The notes: generated by a model from the letters alone, not told the origin. Positions 10,806 to 23,762 are shown, counted from the first letter of the stretch. The stretch: 64,000 bases of DNA from Octopus vulgaris (GCA_951406725.2 OX597828.1:72416001-72480000), one strand, 5' to 3'. Made by a program: numbers and translations.

Positions 10806-11010
10806 ATCCAAGCACGAAAGCACAAAGAGAAAACACAACAACGCGAGGACGTGGAACAAGTATAGTGTTATTGGACGCTCAGGAAAGGAAAGAAAGAAGG
10901 AGGATGTAATGTTTCGAGCGGACCTCTTCGTCAGAAACATAGGAAAAGGAAAGGTCCAAGGTAGGGAAGACGGAGAAAGAAAATCGCCAACGGTACACAC
11001 GTGGTCACGT
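10802..11010 (-). mobile_element. family P element with minimal hammerhead motif at 10904-10938
   Basis: Minus strand GTTT-CTGACGA-AGAGGTCCGCTC-GAAAC; ends TTGGATTAAC directly against (TA)n. Confidence 0.75.
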
Positions 11011-11366
11011 CGTGTATGTATGTGTAGTCTTGTGAATGTACGTCGGTGTTGAGGCGAACGATATCATTTGCACAATATTTTCTTATCGCCTACAAAAATT
11101 TGCCTTTTAATGTTTCGTCATTAAACATAAGAGTTCACACGAACTGTCGAGGTGACTATTAGAAAACTATCTAAAGATACCATACACAGAAGACCCCGCC
11201 ACCACACCGCCACGCCAATCCTTCATGCACGCGCGCATACACAAATGCACACACACACACACACACACACACATGCATCTATATCTGTGTGTGTGTGGGG
11301 GGGAGGGTGCGCGAGTATATATAATAGACACATGTGTCTAAATATGTTATGTATATACATTTATAT

Positions 11367-11730
11367 ATCTTTTACTTGTTTTGAGTCGTTGGACTGCGGC
11401 CATACTGCAGCAACGCTTCCAAGAGTTTTAGTCGGACGAATCGGCCCCAGGACTTATTTTTGATGCCTGGTGCTTACACTAAGGGTTTCTTTTGCCAAAC
11501 GGTGATGGGGGAAAACGCAGACAATGTCACACACACGTATACACATACACACATATAAACATACACACACATGTACACACACACACACACGAGCGGTTTC
11601 TTCCAGTTTGGTCCACGACATCTACTCGCAAGGTTTTGGTCGGTCCGGAGCTACAGAAGACACTTGTCCAAAATATTACGCAGTAGGACTGAACCCGGAA
11701 CAAGCTCCATACCACACACTCACGCCTGCA
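11367..11730 (-). mobile_element. SINE family B, degraded
   Basis: Tail, internal (CA)n and head segments match 20566-20968. Confidence 0.8.
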
Positions 11731-11804
11731 CCTCATACACACATACATACACACAAACATACATGCATATATACATATAAATAAATAAATATATGAATAT
11801 ATAT

Positions 11805-11860
11805 GGCGGTGCCCCAGCATGGCCACAGCTCATTAGCTGAAACTGGAAAATCAAAAAAAA
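11805..11860 (+). mobile_element. isolated LINE 3' tail (extreme 5' truncation)
   Basis: GGCGGTGCCCCAGCATGGCCACAGCTCATTAGCTGAAAC nearly identical to the 3'UTR at 454-493. Confidence 0.7.
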
Positions 11861-12011
11861 AAAAATCAAATATAAATAATATATACATATTTATTTATAA
11901 ATATAAAGCTTAATTATGTATCATTTTCTCGCCTTAAACCTAACTTATGTATCTCCTCTCTTTGCATACATACATACATAAATACATACATACATACATA
12001 CATACACACAC

Positions 12012-12132
<121 letters not shown>

Positions 12133-12208
12133 AGAAGTCTAATGTGGTATATATTGATACAGTCTCTCTCTCTCTATATATAACTTAGAATAACTTATGT
12201 ATATATAT

Positions 12209-12298
<90 letters not shown>

Positions 12299-12303
12299 AC
12301 CTA

Positions 12304-12340
<37 letters not shown>

Positions 12341-12815
12341 ATATCTATCTATCTATCTATATATCCATCCATCTGTATGTGTCCGTAGAATTTATTTTAA
12401 CTTAGCTCCAAACCCCCAAAAGCAGAAGATGAAATCTATTTATTCAAAGTGTTCCATAACTGTCAAAGCGAAATAAGCGGAATGCCATTGTCGCCAAGCG
12501 AGACAAAGAACGCTTCGACGTGGGTGGAAATATTTACTGACTGTCTGCCTCTCTTACTCTCTTAACCAGGGAAACTCTGTGTAGTTGTGGCTTGACCCGG
12601 TAGATGTAGCCGCCAAATCGCCCTCAAATTACACGCTTGTGTTTAAAAATAGTATACAATGGTTAAGGTGGTCCAGAGTATGTCTGTAAAGAAAGAAAGA
12701 AAGGAAAAAAAGAGAAAAAGAAAAGGGAAGGAAAGAGAAATGAAAATGGTTGGGATGGTCAGGAATGGAATGTTTGTGATTATTAATCTGTTTGTGTATC
12801 TCTGGTCTGGAGTTG

Positions 12816-12848
<33 letters not shown>

Positions 12849-13144
12849 AGACAGAATAACATTGATTTGAAGGTTAAATGATTTCTACAAGAACAGCAGA
12901 AAAAGGAAACATTCAACCGTCTTCATATATATATATATACGTATGTATATACATACGTATACATATGTACACGCATACATAATACATACATACATACATA
13001 CATGCATACATACACACATACGTACATACATACATACATACATACATATACATACATACATACATGCATGCATACATACATACATACATACATACAGGCA
13101 TACATACATACACACATACATACATACATGCATACATACATACA

Positions 13145-13175
<31 letters not shown>

Positions 13176-13208
13176 GCGCGTACATATATAAGCGCGCGCA
13201 TGTGTGCA

Positions 13209-13259
<51 letters not shown>

Positions 13260-13272
<13 letters not shown>

Positions 13273-13445
13273 CCGGTGTTGGTGTGTGTACGTCCTCGTA
13301 ACTTAATGGTTCGGCAAAACAAAAAAAAACAATAGAATATATAGCAGACTTAAAAAACAAGTACTGGGGTAGATTCATTCGAGTAAAAATTCAAGGTGGT
13401 GCCCCAGCATGGCCGCAGTCTAATAACTGAAAACAGGTAAACGAT
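13260..13445 (+). mobile_element. SINE family B 3' half
   Basis: caaccggtgttggtg..ggttcggcaaaa..ggtgccccagcatggccgcagtc. Confidence 0.8.
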
Positions 13446-13597
13446 ATATAGACCGTAGTTAAACTCTTGGTTCGATAGTGATACGAGTGAGGAATCTAAT
13501 GTGGTATATATTCATATAGTCTATATCTGTATTTTTTTTCCTTATAAATGTGCTGAAAACTCTTCAGATCCTTGGCTTTCTTACCTCATTTTGTATA

Positions 13598-13764
<167 letters not shown>

Positions 13765-13952
13765 CGAACGCCACGCATCCTTTTCTAAGTAAGTTTTATC
13801 TATATATCTATCTATATCTATATCTATATCTATCTATCTATATATGTATATATATATGTATTGAAATCTAATGCAAGGATGGAATATTTCATTGGTTTGG
13901 CGGTTTTATACCCAACATAGCAGAGGAAAACATTTCCACAGTTCAACTGGGT

Positions 13953-14253
13953 TGGAAGCACTCCGTCGGTTACGACGACGAGGGTTCGGGTTGATCCGAA
14001 TCAACGGAACAGCCTGCTCGTGAAATTAACGTGTAAGTGGCTGAGCACCCCACAGACACGTGCACCCTTAAAGTAGTTCTCGGGGATATTCAGCGTGACA
14101 CAGAGAGTGACAAGGCCGGCCCTTTGAAATACAGGTACAACAGAAACAGGAAGTAAGAGTGAGAGAAAGTTGTGGTGAAAGAGTACAGCAGGGATCACCA
14201 CCATCCCCTGCCGGAGCCTCGTGGAGCTTTAGGTGTTTTCGCTCAATAAACAC
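13953..14253 (-). mobile_element. retroposon sharing the family C 3' ~190 bp but lacking the tRNA head; 10 bp TSD
   Basis: TSD TCAACTGGGT at 13943-13952 and 14254-14263; 13955-14140 matches 32465-32650. Confidence 0.85.
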
Positions 14254-14349
14254 TCAACTGGGTATATGTTCAATATACAAAAATGAGAAGAAAATGTGAA
14301 TTTACGATTATCACATTTTAATTTAGCATATTATATTATTATTATTATA

Positions 14350-14620
14350 ATATAATAACTTAGATTGGTTTCGGCCATTATCGGCCCACGCCATGACTAA
14401 CTAAATAGCACCACCCGGAAAAGTCTTTTAGTTAATTATTTCGGGACACCTTGGACCACTCAAGCAGAGAGTTGTCATTGGTTGAGATGTATCCAGGTGT
14501 GGGTGGTTTATCCGGTATTTCCAGGCAAAAATTGTCCAGGTACCGCTTGAACGATGTGGGGTCTTTCTCTACTTTAATTTCTTTCGGGATATCATTGAAA
14601 AGAGTAGGACCAGTTGCAAT
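14350..14620 (-). mobile_element. LINE 3' end (CR1-group, second subfamily)
   Basis: GPTLFNDIPKEIKVEKDPTSFKRYLDNFCLEIPDKPPTPGYISTNDNSLLEW..stop(14432-14434), then GGTGGTGC..CATGGC..GGCCGATAATGGCCGAAAC. Confidence 0.8.
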
Positions 14621-15092
14621 CCTACAATATACGTATATACATACACACACACGCATGCTTATTCACATGCAAACTAACAAACACACACACGCACACACAC
14701 ATAATAATCTTATATATGTATACACATACAATACTTACACACACTACATGCATGCGTAGACATGCATACATGTAAACATGCATACATACATACTCACATG
14801 TGTGCGTACATGCATGTATACATGCATACGAACATAAATACATGCAAACATACACATGTACTTAAATACATACATGCATACATACATGCATACATGCATA
14901 TTTATGTATACATGAAATACGTGACATACATACATGCATGTGTACATGGCATATATACATACATGACAAGCGAGAGTTGTATCTTGGTCGGGTAGGATAT
15001 CTTCGGGTACAACCGTGTCTATTCAGACACGAAATCAATTTGCAAGCGCTTCCACAGGTTACACACACACACACAACACAAACATGCACGCG

Positions 15093-15220
<128 letters not shown>

Positions 15221-15392
15221 TGCACGCATGCATAGTACACCAGCACAAAAACACGCACACACATACATACACACACACCCACAAACAGACACACAAACAC
15301 ATACACACACACAGAAAAATTAACCAATGATAACATTAAACAAAAACTGGGTATTTTTTAATGTCAATTTATTATTAAATATGTACATAAAA

Positions 15393-15782
15393 CGGCGAGC
15401 TGGCAGAGTGGTTAGCACGCCGAGGGAAATGCTTAGCCATATTTCGTCTGCCCCTACGTTCTGAGTTCAAATTCCGCCGAGGTCGACTTTGCCTTTCATC
15501 CTTTCGGGGTCGATTAAATAAGTACCAGTTACGCACTGGGGTCGATGTAATCAACTTAATCCATTTGTCTGTCCTTGTTTGTCCTCTCTGTGTTTAGCCC
15601 CTTGTGGGTAATAAAGAAATAGGTATTTTGTCTGTCTTTATGTTCTGAGTTCAAATTCCGCCGAGGTCGACTTTGTCTTTCCTCTTATAGGAGTCGATAA
15701 ATTAAGTACAGTTGCGTACTGGGGTCGATCTAATCCCCTCCCCCCAAATTTAAGGCTTTGTGCCTATTATAGAAATGATTAT
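15393..15782 (+). mobile_element. SINE family A, dimeric form
   Basis: A box TGGCAGAGTGG, B box GAGTTCAAATTCC; second unit lacking the A box from ~15622 with a different tail. Confidence 0.9.
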
Positions 15783-15804
15783 TAAATAATTATGTATTTC
15801 TGAC

Positions 15805-15970
15805 AGATGCAAGCGTGGGTGTATGGTAACAAATTTTCTTTCCCAAACCATGGTTCCCGGTTCAATCCTACAGCGTGGCACCTTCGGCAGGTGTCTTCAG
15901 TTATATTCACAGGTGGACCAATGTTTTGCGAATGAATTTAGTCTACGGAAACTGTGTGAAAGCCCGCCGT
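15805..15970 (+). mobile_element. SINE family B 5' part
   Basis: ccatggttcccggttcaatcc..gcgtggcacctt..acggaaactg. Confidence 0.7.
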
Positions 15971-16258
15971 GAGTATATATATACACACACATCTATATTA
16001 ATATATACAAATATACATACATACATGTATACATACGTATATCGATTCATATATATATATATATATATGATGCACACACACCCACACACACATATATATA
16101 TATATGTATATATATACGTATTCATCTCTCTATATATACACATATATATATATATGTATATACTCATATACATATATATATATAAACACGTATATCACAT
16201 GCATGCCTACCTACACACACACACACACACACACACACACGTACACACGCACACACAA

Positions 16259-16315
<57 letters not shown>

Positions 16316-16536
16316 CATATATATACATATACATACATATATACATATATAAATCTATGCGTGTGTGTGTAATCTTTTACATAAGTATTGATCTTTACGT
16401 TCCGTGGAGTCAGATACAAATGGTGAGTGATTATTCGGCTCCTCTTCGAATTACCTCTCTGTTGCTTTTAGCTATTAACTTTCAGCATAACTCTTTATTC
16501 TTCAGCAAACCAAATACAGAAGTGAACACACACACA

Positions 16537-16592
<56 letters not shown>

Positions 16593-16846
16593 CAAAGAGA
16601 AAAACACAACACATCCTGTTATAATCAGAATGACCTTGAAATGTTTGTTTGTTGTAAAAGGTCACGGAATCCGGAGAGGAGAGCGTTTGCGATGGGCGGC
16701 TTTTTATAGCTCCAGTGTGGACAGAACTGACTCATATCACCTCAGATCATCTCAGACCGACACAAATACACTGGTAAACGGAAGTGAGCATAAGCATATA
16801 CATATATGCATACATACATACATATGGACACACATATGTATATAGA

Positions 16847-16888
<42 letters not shown>

Positions 16889-16937
16889 TATAGTACACAC
16901 AGACACCTCCCCTTCCCACACACATAAATACACACAG

Positions 16938-16970
<33 letters not shown>

Positions 16971-17314
16971 CACTCATATACATATGTAGATAAATAAATG
17001 TATATATATATATCTACATATATAAACATACACACATACATATATATATATATATATACACACATACATATATATACATACATATATATATGTATGTATG
17101 TATGTATACACACATGGCAGACGTTCAGATAAAATGACCAAGGGATTATAATAAGGGGTTCGTTTTAACCGATTAATAAATAGGTAAACACAGCTATCAT
17201 CGTATCATATTAAGGGACAGTTATCTCTAGCAATCGCATGCAAACCCTGCCTCCATTTTCTCTCTTTCATTCATTCACTCTTTCTCTCTTTCTCTGTCTC
17301 CTCTGCGTCTGTTC

Positions 17315-17356
<42 letters not shown>

Positions 17357-17484
17357 ATCACCCTCCCTCTTTTTCCATCTTTCCCCTCTCTCTCTTTCCC
17401 TTTCTCTCTTTCCAAGTGAGTTCCCTACATTTTTTGCTTTTATTTGTTGATTCATTCATGATTTATCTCGTACATTTCCACCCT

Positions 17485-18010
17485 CACACACATACATACA
17501 TACATACATACGTACATACATGCATACATACATACAAACACACATACATACACACACATACACATACATACATACATACTTACATACATGCATACATGCA
17601 TACATACATACATACATTCATACATGCATACATACAAACACACATACATACATACAACATACACATACATACATACATACATACATACATTCATACATGC
17701 ATACATACATACATACATACATACATACAAACATACATACATACATACAAACACACATACATACACACACATACACATACATACATACATACATACATAC
17801 ATACATGCATACATACATACATACACATACATGCATACATACAAACATACATACATACATACAAACATACATACATACACACACATACACATACATACAT
17901 ACATACACACATACATACATGCATACATGCATACATACATGCATGCATACACAAATACATACATACATGCATGCATACGCACGTAGGTACATACATGCAT
18001 ACATACATAC
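17485..18010. repeat. (CATA)n compound microsatellite with higher-order internal repeats
   Basis: CATA runs with recurrent caaacacacatac variant blocks. Confidence 0.95.
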
Positions 18011-18131
18011 ACGCAGATACATACACGTATGTGTGCTTCTATATCTGTATGTTGTATGTATGCATACCTAATATATATAAATATATGCATGCATGTTTGT
18101 GAGTTACGATATATGAATGCACCAATGTTAT

Positions 18132-18186
<55 letters not shown>

Positions 18187-18611
18187 CATATATACACATA
18201 TACATATATACTTACAGATATACATATTCATATACAGGTGTGTATATGTATAAGCATAGGTATATATATATATACATGCATGCACACACAGACAGACACG
18301 CAGACGCACACGTGTACGTATGTATGCGTACTTGTCATCCGCTCTGTCCTTCCTCTCAAGATCTCTTTGCTAACCCCTAATTCCCTCTCTCTCTCCCACT
18401 TTCACTCCTCTCCCCTCTCCTCCAATGTCCACATTGTCCCCAATGAAGAGGATCTAAGTGGGTTAATAGAATCTCTGTTGATGTCTGCTGCTGCTGCTGT
18501 TGCTGCTGCAGCTGCTGCACCCCTTCCTCTCATTCACTTCCTCCTCCTCCTCCTCTTCCGCCATTAATGACAAATTCCTTAGTTTCTTTCAGGTCACTTT
18601 ATTTTTAGTCA

Positions 18612-18925
<314 letters not shown>

Positions 18926-19252
18926 AATATTTATTTACAATTCTCAGCTAATCAAGACATAATTATTAAATATATACACAAACAAGACACACATGCAAAT
19001 ATAGAGAAATTCACGTATTTACTCATGCGCGGACACACACTTTGTGTGTGTGTGTGTGTGTATGTGTGTGCATAAATATATATATACATATATATGTATA
19101 TATTTATATATATATACATACATATATATGTATATATATATATGCATATATGTATATATGTAAACACATAGACACGCACTCATACTAAGCGCATCCCCAC
19201 AAACAAACGCACTAACATATAGATATACAATTTCATAAAAATTTGACTCACT

Positions 19253-19306
19253 TGCATGACTTAAAGTTTCATGAGTTTATAGGACAATCCCATCTCGTCA
19301 GATGCA
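19253..19306 (-). ncRNA. type I hammerhead ribozyme motif
   Basis: Minus strand TGCAT-CTGACGA-G-ATGGGATTGT CCT ATAAACTCAT-GAAA-CTTTAA-GTC-ATGCA: 5 bp stem I, ~9 bp stem II, short stem III, GUC cleavage triplet (19260-19258). Confidence 0.75.
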
Positions 19307-19331
19307 TAGGTGCGGGAAAAACTCTTCTCAA

Positions 19332-19375
19332 CGCACCTGACGAGACAGGCTTGTTCTACGTGCCCACGAAAATTT
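19332..19375 (+). ncRNA. degenerate inverted second hammerhead copy
   Basis: CTGACGAG (19337-19344) + 23 nt + GAAA (19368-19371); the 23 nt align ungapped with the stem II region of 19253-19306; cleavage site and stem I lost. Confidence 0.45.
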
Positions 19376-20158
19376 ATGAGTGGAATTGTTATTAAATAAT
19401 ATTTGCAACTCCTAGCAAATATATTGATGGCCATTTTCATTCGCTTTTTATGAATGGAACGCTTCCGTAACGCGAGATGCATGAGACATGGAAACAGCTT
19501 GCTTCTGCAAGTGCAGTCAGTCGAAAACTCCGCAAACCAGACACTATAGGCTTCAAGAATCATGAAGTGACACTGCGCAACATTTCGGTGCATTCTTCAA
19601 TGGGAAAATACGTTTCACGTTACAGACCTCTATGTTGCAACACGATTTTTATGAATGGATACCTCCCATAATGTGGGGACGCCTATAGCTGATAATTTGC
19701 AAAGAAAACATTACTGCAATTGTCTTAAAAACAATCTGTAATATAAACATACATATACACTCACAGACGTATATACACATACACAAACACATAGATACAC
19801 ACACATCCACACACGCTCACGCATCCACTCGTTCACTCGTTCACATACACATATAGAGTGACTGGGACGACACACAGCTGAAGATAGAGAGGTGACTGTA
19901 ATTAAATATTTCTGCTAGTAACCGAAGTATTTGGGAAACTCCGTCGTAACACTGCTCTGCTTATTATGCTGTGCAAGTTTATCTTTAAATAGAAAATGTG
20001 AGGTTTGATGTATTTCTGTTTCTGATACTATCCTATGGTGACAGCACAGACAGCAGGCATGGACAGCATCGTTTGTATAAAGTGTGTAAGTAGGTGTGTG
20101 TGTGTTTATATATTCATATGCATATGCGTATGCATGTCTGTCTGTATGAATGCATATA

Positions 20159-20216
<58 letters not shown>

Positions 20217-20277
20217 TATATATCTATATGCGTGTGTGTTTGTGTGTATATATATATGTATTTATGTATCTATCTGT

Positions 20278-20525
20278 GGAGGCACGTGGTTCAGTGGTTA
20301 GGGCGTCAGCACCATGATCGTAAGATTGTGGTTTCGACTCCTGGACCGGGCGACGCGTTGTGTTCTTGAGCAAAACACTTCATTTCACGTTGCTCCAGTC
20401 CACTCAGCTGGCAAAAATGAGCAACGCTGCGATGGACTGGCGTCCCGTCCAGCTGGGTAACACATATGCCATAGAAACCGGGAAACCGGGCCCAGGGGCC
20501 TGGCTAGGCTTTAAAAGGGCGCATT
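20278..20525 (+). mobile_element. SINE family D (family C-like head/core, different 3' domain)
   Basis: A box TGGTTCAGTGG, B-box-like GTTTCGACTCC, shared ttcacgttgctccagtccactcagctggcaaaaatgag, then CTGCGATGGACTGGCGTCCCGTCCAG. Confidence 0.85.
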
Positions 20526-20565
20526 TATTTATATTTATTATGTATCTATCTATATATAATGAATA

Positions 20566-20968
20566 TCTCTTTTACTCTTTTACTCTTTTACTTGTTTCAG
20601 TCATTTGACTGCGGCCATGCTGGAGCACCGCCTTTAGTCGAGCAAATCGACCCCGGGACTTATTCTTTGTAAGCCCAGTACTTATTCTATCAGTCTCATT
20701 TGACGGGGACATAAACACACCAGCATCGGTTGTCAAGCAATGCTAGGGGGACAAACACAGACTCACAAACACACACACACACACACATATATATACATAT
20801 ATACGACAGGCTTCTTTCAGTTTCCGTCTACCAAATCCACTCACAAGGCATTGGTCGGCCCGGGGCTATAGCAGAAGACACATGCCCAAGATGCCACGCA
20901 GTGGGACTGAACCTGGAACCATGTGGTTGGTTAGCAAGCTACTTACCACACAGCCACTCCTGCGCCTA
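20566..20968 (-). mobile_element. SINE family B, near full length
   Basis: Head AGGCGCAGGAGTGGCTGTGTGGTAAG, B box GGTTCAGTCCC, internal (TA)/(TG) microsatellite, (GAGTAAAA)n tail. Confidence 0.92.
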
Positions 20969-21624
20969 TATTATGTGCATATATAATGCAGGTATATGCA
21001 TATGATACGTAAGCATCTGTGTATAGATATACATACATACATACATACATGCACACGTACATACATACATACATGCAGGTATATATAGGTACATACATAC
21101 CTATATATGTATATACATATATACCTATATATATGTATATATAGGTATATATGTATATATATATCTATACTATATAGAGGTATAGATAGATAGACTGAGC
21201 GGACATAAATAATATAGATGTATACTTTGGTCAGCGTTGGTGTGTGTGTGTGTGTATATACATATATATATATGCACACACATACATACCTACATACATA
21301 CACACACATATATGTTCATATATTTATACATCTGTACACACTTGATAAGAATATATTCCTTTGCACACACATATTCCTTTGCTAATAATTCTCCAGGAAC
21401 TGGCTACTAAATTTAACTGACCACGGAAATATTGCCTTATAAATCCACTTAGTAAAGACTTATATAAATTGGATAGGCCAGCGTGTATTTGTAGCAAATT
21501 TATGGTTGCTAGTTATTTGAACAAATTATGTGAGTATAAAGTTAACGCCCCAACGATTTACTAATCAAAATTGTGTTGAGTACACGCCATACGTCCCAAT
21601 TGCTCTGTTTAGTTTAATGAATTC

Positions 21625-22054
21625 AGTTACATGGTTGGATGTCAACAACTCTGGGGAGATATGACCCAAAAGTTTTTAAGCATAATGTTAAAACACACCA
21701 AGATATATTGCTATATATCAGGTACAAAAAACACCGTAAGACACTATTTTTAAAGCCAGACACATTGAAATTCAACATGAAAATTGTAGAATTTATCTAT
21801 GAAGTAAACAGATGATACTAGGTTATCTACAAAAATATGTCATTTAATAAATAGACATAATTTAACCGGTTGCATATGTATGAGAGCAAAAACAAGAGGT
21901 TTGGGGTCAGTAGATAGTTCCACACTCTATTCCTATACACATCATGGTCTGGAATTGGCTGATAATACCGAGGAAGTGAGTCGATTGCATAGCGTAACAT
22001 AGGCAATTGGCTAACGTAACAACGAGAATCGATTTAAGAAACACGTGTAAGTTA
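21625..22054 (+). mobile_element. highly degenerate Penelope-like element 3' end with decayed hammerhead (21963-22054)
   Basis: Broken translation ..FKARHIEIQHENCRIYL*SKQMILGY / LINRHNLTGC weakly parallels the CxLCLxEK..LN..C tail at 22765-22920; downstream CCGAGGA, 10 bp stem TGAGTCGATT/AATCGATTTA, GAAACACGTGTA. Confidence 0.5.
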
Positions 22055-22089
22055 CATAATGCTGAAGATTACCAATTACATTTTGTGTA

Positions 22090-22139
<50 letters not shown>

Positions 22140-22316
22140 CATGTGTGTACATACATATATGCATGTTCGCGAATGTGTGCATGTGTATGTGTGTGTACGT
22201 ATGTATGTATCTATCTATCTACCTATCTGTCTATATCTCTCTTTCTCTCACACACTCGATCTGAGAATCGAACTCCCAACCTCAAGATTGTAAGCTCAAC
22301 GCTCTAACCACTGTGC

Positions 22317-22365
<49 letters not shown>

Positions 22366-22484
22366 TCTCTATAACATTTTTGAGCGGTAATACTGAGTAA
22401 TTAAAAAATACGTAACTATGAATACAGCCACATGTATATTTCCTTTTTGAACCTTTCATTTTGAATTACTCTGTATTTTACACA

Positions 22485-23035
22485 GATGTTGGTTATGGCT
22501 GGTCAGAAAGTGACCATTGGTTTCACGTCTATTATTACTCTTAACAATATAAACTACCCATTACACCTGCTAACCAGAGGCACATAACCTTTTTATTAAT
22601 GGAAGTAAGGATACAATTCCGGCCAGCATAGGGCTGAAAAAATCTGAAACGAAATTCTTCGAAGTGAAAATCCATCCTGTACAAGGGGCTCCAATTGTGT
22701 CCGAAAAGGGTTAGTTTATGTATGCTTTCCGTTCACTAATTAGCAAGCGAGAAAATCCATGTCTCCAGCATGAATTTTCTCTCACGGAGACACCGACTAA
22801 ATATCTCATTTATTGAATTTAAGAAGGTCTCGGATGTGAAGTATTTTAGGACTCTTGTTCTTTCCACCAAGCAGAAATTACATTGTCTGCTTCAGTTGAG
22901 GTATGGCCTGGAGTCTCTACTTGATTCTGTATGGCGTTCCCTCTTCTTTTAAACGCCACAAGTAGTTGGCCAAAAACCTCTCCGAGATGTTACACCTCGC
23001 TTGGATGTTAAAAGAGGACCTGTGGTTATTTAGTC
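22485..23035 (-). mobile_element. Penelope-like element remnant: GIY-YIG endonuclease C-terminus and 3' region
   Basis: RLNNHRSSFN..FLANYLWRLKEEGTPYRIK* / RPYLN*SRQCNFCLVERTRVL..FLNSINEIFSRCLRERKFML matches PLE RxxxHxxxF..LSxYIWxLK..CxLCLxEK..LNxxxE..C motifs. Confidence 0.8.
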
Positions 23036-23067
23036 GAAAATACAAAATTCTCTCGTTCTCATACATA

Positions 23068-23115
<48 letters not shown>

Positions 23116-23457
23116 TACACACACAAACACACACACAAGCGTGTTTTTGTTATAATAAAAAGTTGAAGCATTACTCAATACATTTGGTAGAGTACAAATT
23201 TATCATTCTTCAACAATTATAGTATTGATAGTAACTTAGATGTTTCGACAAGTTAAGCCCCCATCCGTCTGTCCGCAGACAGTTTAGCTAGCCGAAACTT
23301 CGAGAATACTATCAATACGATTCTTATTGAAAAATAATATACATATACATGCATACATACATACATACATACATACATACATAAATACACACATACGCTC
23401 ACACACACAAGCTCACATGTGTGTGTGTATACATACATATATACATACATACGCTGC

Positions 23458-23686
23458 GGCGGCGAGCTGGCAGAACCGTTAGCACGCCAGGCGAAATGCG
23501 TAGCCGTATTTCGTCTGCCGTTACGTTCTGAGTTCAAATTCCGCCGAGGTCGACTTTGCCTTTCATCCTTTCGGGGTCGATAAATTAAGTACCAGTTACG
23601 CACTTGGGTCGATGTAATCGACTTAATCCGTTTGTCTGTCCTTGTTTATCCCCTCTGTGTTTAGCCCCTTGTCGGTAGTAAAGAAA
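23458..23686 (+). mobile_element. SINE family A, full-length monomer
   Basis: GGCGGCGAGCTGGCAGAACCGTTAG head, B box, core and tail. Confidence 0.92.
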
Positions 23687-23720
23687 TATATATACATACA
23701 TACATATGTACATATATATG

Positions 23721-23762
<42 letters not shown>

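Noticed and set aside
16600-16790. Minus-strand CTATAAAAAG TATA box as a promoter
   Set aside because: Single motif in an island between microsatellites with no downstream gene evidence
19261-19671. 110 aa and 64 aa non-repetitive ORFs
   Set aside because: No recognisable protein motif; the region is better explained as non-coding PLE terminal repeats
20278-20350. tRNA gene (also heads of other SINE copies)
   Set aside because: A/B boxes are present but there is no clean cloverleaf and each continues into a SINE body
22892-22894. In-frame TGA in the PLE endonuclease as selenocysteine (reported for some Naiad PLEs)
   Set aside because: It falls at a position that is not one of the conserved cysteines, and the fragment has other disabling lesions, so a simple nonsense mutation is likelier
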